From positions 186,001 to 250,000 of the forward strand of contig QPGO01000047.1 of assembly GCA_008632985.1 (NCBI GenBank): a stretch of 64,000 nt of DNA. Reading direction: 5' to 3'. The position numbers and the translations under genes are program-made. The DNA comes from Psammoneis japonica. Lineage: Eukaryota. Below, piece by piece: positions 11,983-23,229 of the stretch; position 1 is the stretch's first letter; each line of letters opens with the position of its first letter. The notes under the pieces are model-generated. The model saw nothing but the letters and a program-made list of their open reading frames with translations, did not search any database and was not told the DNA's origin.

Positions 11983-13537
11983 GTAGGAACCGGCTTGATT
12001 AGGTTTCTTCAACGAGCATAGACTTACATTTGATGAGACTACACGTGTCGTCCTTCTGTCGAAGCAAAGCAGCGGCTAAGAGCGGATAGTAGCGACTAAC
12101 GGCAGCTAGCTAGCGGCGGCCTTGCAGCTTGTCCGCGACGAAGCGGCGGTTCCGACCTGAATCCATCCTAAATATGTGAAGGTTGGACGTCAACACAAGG
12201 GCTTCTGTACAGAAGCAGATGCACCAGACGCTCTAAAGGACACAAAGACTTCTGAACGGAAGAATCAGAAACTCGTAAGAGAGAGCTTCAAGAGACACCA
12301 AAGACGACGGAAGGCAGAGGAAAGATCAATAAGCATCGCCCCTATACATCTCTGAGAAGATTTCTTCATTTTGATTCCTAGGGTAGGTGCTTGTCGACTC
12401 AGCATAGACCCGCATGCTCGAATATCACGTCGCTTCATTGACTCAAGATTTTCCCTGCAGAGTCTGTGAAAAGGGACACACAATCTTCTCTGTTCCAAGG
12501 CAGCCCCAACTTTTTGGATGCCACTTGGGGTCTCCAAGGTAAAGCCATGCTTTCGTGTCTAGTCTGATTCTGCATGCCCAAGCAATAAGTTGCCAGTACT
12601 TGAGCATCTCCATTCAGATGAGAAAATGGTTTGAGGCGTTCTCAGCAGCATGGAGGGGGAGTGCCAAGCCGCGCGCAACTGGAACAGGGATCTGCTTTGT
12701 CAAGTCGTGCTGCTTTTTTGGTGGCTGCATTGAGATCGGTGGCCTATACCATCATTGCGAGTGCATGAGGCATTCATCCACAGTTTCGACGTTCAAAAGC
12801 CCAGGCGCCCTTTTCAGGATATTGTGCGACGCTCCTTCGAAAGGTAACGTTATCAAGATCGCACATCTCAACCTGAATTCTGGAGCCACTTGACATCTTT
12901 TACGGAGCGCACGAAACCAGTCATTGGTTGCTATGAGCCCGTCGTGGGCATGCCGGCATCGTCAACTGCTAGATGCAGCATGGTCGCATACTGCAACTTC
13001 AAATACCAAGTTGATCATTTCAAGGATCACGAGGCTTCGTGATAATTTGCTTCCGTGGAATGCTGTGAGCTCAAGCTTCGGTAATGAATAGAGTAGATAG
13101 TAGGACGGGGATTGAACTGAAGGGAAGATTTTGGTGCAGTACTGCGAACCAGGAGCTTACCAGTAATGATACGGAGCAAGTGACACGCTCGCTCTGTTCT
13201 CAGTGCATAGTACACTCGTTTTATTAGAGGACAAGATGAGGATTTTTGTACAACGTCATCATGCGTCGCCTCCCGCAACGACAGAGAAAATGTTTTGTAG
13301 CGCTTTTTGCTTCTCTTCGCAGGAGGTGTTTGGAGTCAACTTCTCTACAGTAGGAAAGTACATATGCTGTAGACCATTCATGACAATGGCACAATTCTAA
13401 CAAAAGAAGAGTCAAAGGCATTCTACCAACAGCAGAAGCCCAGTCCTTCCTCGCAGCACATATTTGCTGCACAGCCTACACTCTCGTGAAAACCCTTATT
13501 CTTCAAAATTTATGGCTACTGCTAAAAAGCATGCTTT

Positions 13538-14301
13538 CTAAAGCTCGTCCTTTGCTTTCTTAAGGTAGGCAACCATAGTGTCAGCATCCGAAACTTCAAA
13601 AGGATCCGGTCCAGAATTTTGCGTAACCGCGCCGCCCTCGATAAAGAGTTTCTCGATCTTTCCGTCATTAATGACAGCAGAGTAACGCCAAGAACGCTCA
13701 CCAAATCCACGCTCAGTGTCCCAGACACAGGACATTCCCATGCCACGAGTAAAGGCAGCAGCACCATCGGGGATCAACTTGACATTCTTGAAGCCATTGG
13801 CACCCACGGTCTTGTCTTCGGGAAGACTTCAAGAAGAGAGCGAAAATAACATTGTGAGTACAATCGCGAAACCAGATGGTCGAGATAGATATTACCGGTC
13901 CGAAACTGCTCCACGTACCCTTGCTTGAGACCCCACTGACGCATGACAAAGGCATCATTGACAGAGAGACAGTAGATCTCGTCAACGCCCAATCCCTTGA
14001 TTTCCTCGTACGCCTTTTCGTATCCGGGCAAGTGAGTGGATGAGCACGTGGGCGTAAAGGCACCGGGAAGAGCAAACAGAACAACGCGCTTGCCCTTGAA
14101 GTAGTCATCCGAGGTCACAGCCTTCCAGTCAAAAGGATTCTCCGAGTTTGGGTCATCGATACGAACTCGAGTCTGGAAGGTCACATTGGGCACAGAGTCG
14201 CCCTCCTTGAGTGGAGTAGTCCAAGCTTTGTCCATTTCGGCAGCAACAGTGTTGAAGGGTAAGAGAAAGAGAGCGGTTAGTGTGATCAGTGCAGCGAGCA
14301 T
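13538..14301 (-). CDS. Type II peroxiredoxin (Prx5 family) with signal peptide and C-terminal KDEL. Intron 13827-13918.
   Basis: Motifs [27 protein letters not shown]. The GT-AG intron joins QG|LPEDK. The protein ends ...KAKDEL*. Confidence 0.93.
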
Positions 14302-15190
14302 TGTGTAACAAAATCTGAAGCATCTCCTGCGGATGCGAATCGAAAGGCCTCGAAGCCTGCTGCGTCAGCGCTTCACCTTCCACACAACAAGATCGTGCGA
14401 CACGAGAAAGATCGTGTTCATTCAGAGATGCTGGGATCGGCATCCATCCTTCACCACCACGGAAAATGTGACGGGTGACGTCATCGGAGGTCATTTTGAA
14501 AAATTTGCACGTCAGCACGCACGATTGATGCGCGCAAAAAATTTGATGGCGCTCTCAAGAATTTCAAAATCTTTGTTTCTGTTACTGATGTATAAACCAT
14601 GCTTTATGACCGAATATCGGTTATACTAAGACGTTAGCGCAACTCCGATTATATGACAAATAAACATACAGGATCTTAGAAGGCTTTATCAACTTTTTTT
14701 TAAATGTCCTCAGTCGTGGAATACGCTATTTCAAAAAACAGATCTGAAAAATGGCATACCCTCACATTTTCCGCATGCACATGGCATTTCCAGAACAAAC
14801 ATGCATTGGGAAGGCAACTCCGTTGTATCCTACAACGTCAATGGCAACTCCAACCAACGACAATCCAAGCACATAACAATCTGTATTGTATTGTACACAA
14901 CGTCGGTGGCGTTTTAACTGCTGCCTGAGCTGTGAGGTGAAGAACACAACAAGTGTGACGAACAACTGAGTCTTGAGTTACTTGGAAATCTGCGCTCAAT
15001 CACCATAGTTGCAGTCAAGGATCTCACGGTCGTGATTTTGCAAGGTGAAATCGTCGATAATATAGTTCCGAGAATCTCTTACAACTGGAACGAGCTGCGA
15101 GGAGGATACTGGATCGCCATACAATCTTACCATAGCATTTCCGTCTCGATCATCTGCAACACGCCACCTCCACCGGAGTTTTAATTTACG

Positions 15191-17128
15191 ATGGTGAACG
15201 CACCTCATTCTTCATGGGATCACCATTCTTATTCGACAAGAAATGAACAAGGCGATGAAAACGAAGGTGCAGCTATGGAAACCGCAACGAGTAAGGTGAA
15301 CGTTTACAGCACCAGCACGACGGTTGAAGTTGAAGCGGCCGCTGCGTTGATGAGCCTTCCGACCTTTGGGAGTACTTCCGCATCCTCCTCCAAACGAACC
15401 TTTTCTTCGCTTGCTCAGCAACAGGAAGATCATAATATGGCTTACGAATCGATGGAGCATCCTTCAGAAGCACCGTATTACTACGCGTCACAAGAATATT
15501 CATCTCAGCAGCCATACCATAATGGACATGCGTATCCTTCACAAGCATCACAAGATCATCCATCAAGTACGCCAAGATTTCAGTTTGCAGACGAAACTAC
15601 TTCACAAGGAAGCTATGCTTATGGATCGAGGCTCTCTTCCTATGGTAGTACGTCAGATTCATCGAGTCACATTGCTGCATCTAGGAGTAGTACTCCGAGA
15701 TTTCAATTTGGAGACAATGAACAGCAAGTCCTGCAATCGACCTATGCTTCTCGTCGGAAAGCTTCCTACTGCAACAGTTCCGATTCCAGTGTTGGATCTG
15801 GATCGTATCATCACGGAGAAGCTGCCGTGGTCCCTCCTTCTAACAACGCACCGCGATTTTTGTTTGCAGGTGAATCGTCGTCCAAGTCTCGTAGGTTGGA
15901 TCAACATTTGGGATCCTACCGTAGCACAAAATCTTACAGCTCCGATTCTTCAAGTGTTTCGAGTACGGATTCCAACAGTATGTTCGAATCATCACTAAGT
16001 GGGCCATGGTTTCCGGGAACGACATCGTTGGCACTCGAGGAGGACGAAGAAGTATTGAGCCCCTTGCATGTCTTTATGCGCAAGCACTGCGTCGAAGCCT
16101 TTTCTGCTACGGCTGAAGATGTTGCAACACCACGGTACGGCAAGTCCCACGGCGGAAAGATTGTGGTAGGTCAAGTTGGAATCCGCTGCTGTCATTGCAA
16201 GTCTCGCCCCATCAAAGAGCGTCCGGAACGTGCCGTTTGCTTTCCATCTTCCCTCAAGAACATTTATCATTCGATCGAAACTTGGCAACGTCGGCATTCC
16301 GGTTTCTGCACCGATATGCCTCCGGCTATCAAGCAGGAATTGAATCAACTGATGCAAAACTCGAGGTCATCTGCAGGTGGTAGGAGACAGTATTGGCAGG
16401 ATGCCGCCAAACGTCTTGGTCTTGCTGATACTCCTTGTGGTGTGAGATTTATTAGGCCTCCCGGACTCGCTGTTGATGATTCCAATTCGTCCTCTCTCAA
16501 TGCTGCGTCTCGGGAATCGTCTTCGTCGCGTCTGTCTTCAGTACAAGACTCGACAATGATAGACAAGGCCTTTATTTGCCAGCCTCTGGTCACAGAAGAA
16601 GATCGCCCACTTGTGACGGAACATTTGTTCTTGTTAATGTCACAAATGGAGTCTTGTCGTTTCTCCGAGGAGGATCGTACGGGTGGACGGTCAAAGGTAA
16701 AAGCACAAGATGTGGGATTTCCCGGGATGCAGTGTCGGCATTGTCGTGGCAAGGCGGGCTTTGGACGATACTTTCCTCAGTCAGCGCAAGCACTAGCTTT
16801 GGCCAACAGCGATCGGAATATATGCAATCATGTTCTCAAGTGCCGGAAATGCCCCAGCGACACCAAAGAACTGTTGTTACTGCTGCAAGAGCGACAGCAG
16901 GGAACGTCGGGACCAATGAAAAAGAACAAGCGTGGTTCTAGGAAGCAGTTCTTTGCCCGTGTCTGGGAACGTCTTCACGGTCCAAGTCAAGAACACGACG
17001 CATCGTCAGTGACATCACAAGAAAACTGCCATGAATCGACCACTAGTCTCAGCAGCGCAGCTTCCTCCATGGTGGCAGCAACAGCTCAAAGTTTTGCAAA
17101 CACGTGGTTCGTGACAGATGATTGTTGA
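15191..17128 (+). CDS. Uncharacterised Ser-rich protein with two Cys/His (putative Zn-binding) domains of a diatom-expanded family
   Basis: 645-aa ORF with GQVGIRCCHC...H..C and GFPGMQCRHC...HVLKC..CP motifs. Confidence 0.75.
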   Translation: MVNAPHSSWDHHSYSTRNEQGDENEGAAMETATSKVNVYSTSTTVEVEAAAALMSLPTFGSTSASSSKRTFSSLAQQQEDHNMAYESMEHPSEAPYYYASQEYSSQQPYHNGHAYPSQASQDHPSSTPRFQFADETTSQGSYAYGSRLSSYGSTSDSSSHIAASRSSTPRFQFGDNEQQVLQSTYASRRKASYCNSSDSSVGSGSYHHGEAAVVPPSNNAPRFLFAGESSSKSRRLDQHLGSYRSTKSYSSDSSSVSSTDSNSMFESSLSGPWFPGTTSLALEEDEEVLSPLHVFMRKHCVEAFSATAEDVATPRYGKSHGGKIVVGQVGIRCCHCKSRPIKERPERAVCFPSSLKNIYHSIETWQRRHSGFCTDMPPAIKQELNQLMQNSRSSAGGRRQYWQDAAKRLGLADTPCGVRFIRPPGLAVDDSNSSSLNAASRESSSSRLSSVQDSTMIDKAFICQPLVTEEDRPLVTEHLFLLMSQMESCRFSEEDRTGGRSKVKAQDVGFPGMQCRHCRGKAGFGRYFPQSAQALALANSDRNICNHVLKCRKCPSDTKELLLLLQERQQGTSGPMKKNKRGSRKQFFARVWERLHGPSQEHDASSVTSQENCHESTTSLSSAASSMVAATAQSFANTWFVTDDC

Positions 17129-17489
17129 ACATGCGACGCACAGGCTAGAGATGCTTCTAAATGACATCTAATCGCAAGTAATGACAATCTTGCTACGCTG
17201 TGGTTTCGTCATTTCACGCTGCTGGCAAAAATGACCGTCGTCGCACAAAGGCGGCTCGGACAGTCATCAGGTAGTCACATGCCTCGTCAGACCTTTTCAT
17301 TTTCCCCGCAGCATCTGAAGTGCTAGAAAGTCGTTCTTGGAGATGTGGTCTACGACTTGCACATGCATTGATGGAGCGATGGACACCTGTGGCACCAAGG
17401 ATGCGAACTGTGATAAAGACAGACACATTTGATTTGCACTTAAATTAAGCAGGACACCCATTGCATCTAACAACTAATGACTCGGAACT

Positions 17490-18479
17490 TCACACACACT
17501 GCACCCAACAACTAACCCAATTCACCGCATGATTCGGATCGGGACACAAGGAACGTCCCCGACTCTTGATGTCTTGCTCACCCGTGCTCGCACCCAGATC
17601 AAAAGCTCCTCCACGAGTTTTGAACTCTCGTCCACCAATGTTCTGGATGCAAAACAATTTTGGCGTCTGAAACGGCATCGTCTCGCATTTTTCATGCAGA
17701 GCACGAGCCTGAGTTTGAACAAGTGTGACAAAGCTGTTTGTAGATTCTTGAATTGTCGTCGTCATGCATTCTTTCCAAATGCGAGCCTGAATTCGTGCCT
17801 TCATGATGAAGGTCTTCAACGAGTTGTTGATGATCTTGTGCAAGCTCGAAGCGGTTTCACAAACAGTCTTGGTGGTCTTCAAAGAGAGCTCTTGGAATGT
17901 TGTGTGCAACTTCGACGTGGTCTCAATGGCACAGTTTGACAAAATCTTGTTGCAAGTGTCGGAAAACGTCGGGATGGTCATCATTGCGGCGGGCGCGTGC
18001 TCTCGAAGGATTTTTTGAAAACGGCCGGACAAATCAATTTCGTGCTCAAAGGACAAGTCAAAGGAGGACTGGCAGACAGAGCTCGTGGCTTTCAGAGCTT
18101 CAACTGGCATGTCGTCCGCAGGGGTGCAGTTGCGAGTGGCATTGTGAAGAAGGGTGGAGTTGCAGTCCTTGTGGTCAAAAGACACACAATGGATGCTCAA
18201 CCTGATTTGAGCTTCAATGGGCATGCTCGCAGGTGTTTTGTTGCAGAGGATGTTCTGGAGGTGGACAAAGGAGTCGTCATGGCTTTCGATCATCGCAAAC
18301 ATCGTGGTCGTAGCCAAAGCAATGCGAAGCATGTCTTGGCTTGCTTTTGCAGCAATCAATGCATGCTGCACTGTCACATCAAAGACAGCTGAGAGCGGGC
18401 CAGCAAAGGGACCAGCGCTCATGGCACCGGCAGCAATGCCAAGGGAGATGACAGCAAGATTCTTCATGGAAGCAATCAT
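17490..18479 (-). pseudogene. 329-codon tyrosine-free ORF within a TpA-depleted island; probably a mutated gene or element copy
   Basis: No Tyr in 329 aa, enriched in Cys/His; TA nearly absent while CpG is retained. Confidence 0.45.
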
Positions 18480-18870
18480 GGTGATGTCTTGACTGTGTCA
18501 CTTTCCTGTTCAAAGAAAAGATTGTGAGAGAATCGAGAGCAGAAACTGAGGCATCCATCGACAGGAAGCATCAACGTCAAGCACCAGACATGCAGATTTC
18601 TGCATGAAACACACCAAAAACACAACTCCCCCGCATCAATTGTGTCACCCAAGAGAGGCGAAGATGGTGTTGTCACCTTTTACAACATTCAACATTGGTC
18701 TGGACATGAGGTGTGATTCTCCTGAAATGAACTGGGACTGCAGAACAACGGCAGGTTTTGGTGTTTTGCTTTCAGCCGATGTTGTGATGAGGTTAGGGAG
18801 ATTTGGAAGTGACAGCGATTTAGCTCGTGTTTTCTTCGGCAGTGACATCATTTCTTGACACAGCCCCTTT
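17530..18870. other. TpA-depleted tract 1 (CpG retained)
   Basis: Only a handful of TA dinucleotides in about 1.3 kb; the flanking genes have normal TA content. Confidence 0.85.
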
Positions 18871-19485
18871 TTTCTAGTGACCGCCGCGCTTCTTTCGCTT
18901 CGTGGCCCATTCATACAATGCACGAGGTGCAGTCAATGAAACGACCGGCATTATTTCATGGCAGGTTCCCTGCGTCACACTTCTACCAAACTGTACAGGA
19001 ACAGGCTCTAAAACATTGAGCAAGAGGTGACATCAAAGCAAAACCAAGTCAGAATCAACGCCGTGAGCCAACCTACCAGCAGTCCATAGTCCACAATAAC
19101 TGCTTTTGCCAAATCTCGTGGTGTATCCGAATTGACGCCGCTACATCAAATATGACATCATCGTGTTGAAATCGTGGAATGGAGAGTCAACCGACGAACG
19201 TACTAACCACTCTTTCTGCTATTCAACGTGTTGACGTTTCCTAAAGGAAATATCACTGCGAGGAAAACAGCTGTTCGCTCAATAGTCCAATATCTAGCTT
19301 TATTTAGGGCGAGCAAGGGAGAGTTGTAACTAGTATCTTTTTGTGTTGGTCTAGAGGTATAATTGCACTTTTCACCAAGAATCGTAGGAAGGAGATGCAG
19401 TACTGCACGACCCCTGAACGACAAACTCGAGGGAACAACCAGATTCATTGCATTGATCAACAGAAAGTCTAGTTCACGACAACGA

Positions 19486-20478
19486 TCAAAACAGTTTTGC
19501 GTCTTTGCTCTTGTTTTTCTTCCTTCGTTTTGCCAAGGCCTTGTTGATTGCGTTCTGTCCGCCTTTGCGCTTGAGCTGCTCATACTTGAGCTCTGTTGTT
19601 ATTTGTTTCACCTTGTTGCGCTTCGGATAGTAACCCTGCTGGTGGTACTTTTCTTGAACAACTTTCTGAACTTGCTGCTGCAACTCTGTCTGTTGTAGCG
19701 TCGCTCTCTGTTGAATCAATCGTTGCAAAGTCGCTTCATCTTGCTCCAACGTCGTTTGCTGCAATTCAGCTCGATGTGCTTGACGTCGTCGCTGTCCCCG
19801 CCTTCCGGTCAATTTTCGAAGCGCAATCCGTTGTTTAATTCTCTTTATTTCTTCTTGATGCTTTTCTTTCATAAATTCATAGTTATGATTGGTGGATTTT
19901 GTGTTACCATCAGAACTAAATCTCGGATCGCGAGCCTTGTATCTTCCGCTTCCAATCTCCACTCCAATGCCTGATGAGTTCAATAGAGGCGCACCACGCT
20001 GATAAAAATCACGTCGTAACGAGCTTGCCACTGTTGGAGCATGCTTGGACCTCTTCTTCGTTTTTGTCCCCTTTTCTGCAAGGTTCTTGTCCGACTTGTG
20101 CAATTGTTCTCGTGCCTTTTCGATCGCCTCCTTTTTTCGTCGACGTTTGTCGTGTAAAGCCTTTGTTAACTTCATACTACCTTCTGTGCGTCGTTTCTCT
20201 AGTCGTTCCTGCAGAGTCATGTGTTGTTCAACGTCATCTTCATTGTCGTATTCTTCGTCTTGTTGACTGCTACTGCCTCTGCTACTCTCGCTCGCTTCAT
20301 CATCGTCGCTGCTGCTACTACTGTCGAGAGAAACGCTGTCGTCTGACGGAAGGTCTTCCAAGCTGCGAATTTTAGCGACTGCAGAGGGTGATTCCTCTGA
20401 GGAGGTTAATGACACGGAAGAATCATCACCGGAGGAGGACGAAGAGGAGGAGGCTGGCTCTGCCGCTGCGTTGCTCAT
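19486..20478 (-). CDS. RRP36: rRNA biogenesis protein RRP36-like (DUF947)
   Basis: KKRSKHAPT, RDPRF, acidic N-terminus, basic coiled-coil C-terminus. Confidence 0.75.
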   Translation of the reverse strand: MSNAAAEPASSSSSSSGDDSSVSLTSSEESPSAVAKIRSLEDLPSDDSVSLDSSSSSDDDEASESSRGSSSQQDEEYDNEDDVEQHMTLQERLEKRRTEGSMKLTKALHDKRRRKKEAIEKAREQLHKSDKNLAEKGTKTKKRSKHAPTVASSLRRDFYQRGAPLLNSSGIGVEIGSGRYKARDPRFSSDGNTKSTNHNYEFMKEKHQEEIKRIKQRIALRKLTGRRGQRRRQAHRAELQQTTLEQDEATLQRLIQQRATLQQTELQQQVQKVVQEKYHQQGYYPKRNKVKQITTELKYEQLKRKGGQNAINKALAKRRKKNKSKDAKLF

Positions 20479-21286
20479 GGTCGTGACACGCATTCCGCTT
20501 TCTGAGTCTCTCGCCCACTCGCGCTCTATCGGTAAGAGCGCGAGTGCGAGTGGCGAGAGCACTCGTGTCCTGCCTTCGTCCGTCGGCAGCACTTTTTTTC
20601 ACTACAATTCTACGTGATTTTGGAATTTCAATGTAGATATAAGAATCTGTATTGGTACACATTTCAACAAAGTTGATTTGCTTCTCGCCATGATGACAAT
20701 TGAGACCGAATGCAGCGCGATTGATTTTCTTCTCGTCATGATGACAGCCCGACCGTGACTTCGCTTTGCCTTTTGGGGTCTGCAGCCACTGCACCGTTCG
20801 TGACGGGCCACAAGCTGGATGAAGTGTGCTGTAGCGGCGCCGCCACCACAACAGCATCACATCTCCAACAAACCTTGGTGCCAAACATGACGCTGCATCC
20901 ATCCAAGGAACACCCACACGTCGCAAGCAACAAGCGTTCTTCTTCAAGTTCATTGGCATTACAAGCAAAGCAAGAAAGCACCATGTCTGCAACAACAACA
21001 CTCAACACTGCCGAGTGAATGACACAAAATCAAGTCGAGTTGTTTGCCAAGTTCAGAACTCAATTTTGTCTGCCAACTCAATGGATTTGCGGATGATGTC
21101 TGGCGGAGGCCTCTCGTCACGGTCCAAGCTGTGTCGTCGTGATCCTACCCAAAAGTCACGATTTTGTCCGGATCTTGTTTCCAATGCTTTCCAGCACGTC
21201 TGCTGCCGTGATCCTGCCGGCACGAGGCAGCTTGTGCTCCAGTGTCGCTTTTTTCGGCACCCATTTGCCATTCCACCCATGCGAAC

Positions 21287-21830
21287 TTGTCAAGCTCATT
21301 GTTCGTGAACAGTTGGAAGACCTCAAGACTCGTCATTACAAGATCTTGCAGCTGCTGATGGGCACTCTTCACATGCTCAGTTCCCCAGCGCTGATTTTTG
21401 CGAGAAGGTCCTCGATGTTGCCACGGACGTTGCTGATTTTTGTGTCGACGCTCAATCGCGAGGTTGCGGCCGAGACTGCTCAAGAGCAGGACTCTGTCGC
21501 ACCATGGCGGAAGCCAAGAGCATGGCCTGCCAGAACATGCTGATTTGGGCCGTTCACAGATGCGCTGTGCGATTTCCCAATTTTGCCGAGTCGGTTGTTT
21601 TTGCTCTCATGGACTTTTTGGCTGCGGATGGTTCCACGCAGGTTGCTCTTTTTGTCAGAGCCATTGTCGAACAGCACATCGCACTGCGAGGATCCATCTC
21701 GCCCAAGTTGTTGGGTTTCATCAATGACAGTTCTTCGAGCAATGTAGTGTGTGTTTGTCTCTGGATCTTGGGTGAATGCTTGGATGCTGTGCAGAGGAAA
21801 TTGATGTGGAGGCCTTTGAAACTGTTTCCG
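21287..21830 (+). pseudogene. COPB1: Decayed fragment of coatomer beta (COPB1), copy 1
   Basis: VKLIVREQLEDLK..., AVHRCAVRFPNFAESVVFALMDFL, FVRAIVEQ, CLWILGEC; frameshifted. Confidence 0.75.
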
Positions 21831-23229
21831 GAAAGAAGCATGTTTTTTTTTTTAATTGCTTGACACATCCGTCGGCTTGGGATGCGTTGACACTGCCGTG
21901 TGGCTTCTGATGCATTGGAAGGCTCTGCCATCGTTGTTTTCGGTGGATCCTGCAAACTGCTGAGGCAAGTGGTGTCTTCGCAATGCCAACAAAATCATGG
22001 GAACCGCACTGATCGGTTCCCGTCATTGAGTGTGATCAGGTCAATGTTGTCGCTGCGTTGTCAACCATGGAAGCATTTTGCAGCGAATGTGGTCGAAGCA
22101 GATTTGATTTATTTGCAACAGAAGCAGACCGGGGCTCCTCCCTTTGGCCAACTGGGCTTGCTCTTCGACCCATTGCCAAGGAGCCAGGGAAAGTGGACGT
22201 TTTCGCTCCACTTCTAGCTTGCCTTGATCGTGTCAGGGAAGTGCGAAAGTTGCAATGGATCATGCCAAGGGGGAATTCGGGCGACTCATTGCGTCTGGGA
22301 AAGGTGTGGAGGAGATTGAAGGAGAAGTTGACCGTGGAAGGGAGGAAGTGCTCAAGTTGGCGGGACCCGAAGCGCCTGTTGGCATGGGAACGCGAGAAAG
22401 AGTTCTGATGTCTTTCGACATTTCTGACTTTAATTTGTTGACGGATGGTTGGTGTGGCAAACTGCGGTTCAACACGGTGGCTCAGCGATGAGATTCGAAT
22501 CTGATTCGCTTGGCCTTTGCACTTGCCATGAAGCATGACGACAACGTAGAGGAAGGAGATGATTTCTTTTTCGATTGGAAAGCCAGCACGGACATTGTTG
22601 GTCAGGAGAGCCCTTTGCCCTCTTGGCATTCGTACATTTCTGCATTGGCAGGCCCTCCAATGCACTTTGGACAGAGACGTCTCCTCATGGCGGACATGCT
22701 CGATGCAGAAAAAAGCATGTCCATCTGCCGTGCACACTCATTCCAAGAAGCATCAGAACAGAAGGCGGAGGATGCATGCTTGGCGACATCTGTTCAAGGA
22801 TCTTCGCCCCATTGGCCTGCCGCAGCAAAGGAGAAGACACAAAGCAGGCCCAAACAGTGACAGAAAAGACCCACGACCTTGCTCGCTGGGCAATGGATCA
22901 ACCAGAAACTGCTGCAATTCTCGCTTCAAAGGCGATTCGTGCAAAGTGCATTGAAAATGTCCTTCTTGATGCCTCGAGTTTCACAATCAAGTTGCATTCT
23001 TTCCAGCTGCCACACGAAATTTTTCGAGCATTGAGGCTTTTGCTCTCTTGTGGTTTCGATCTGAGGGGACATCTGGGTGGAATGGATCTACTTAGCCTGA
23101 CTGCAACAAGAGCTGCTGCATGGTCAGTTGGTCTTTGTTCTTGACAACTAGCAGCAGAGAGTGGCCACTGTCAATCTGCATTGAACAACAGGCAAGTCCG
23201 CAACTGTCACAGTCTAAAAAGGGTGCCAC

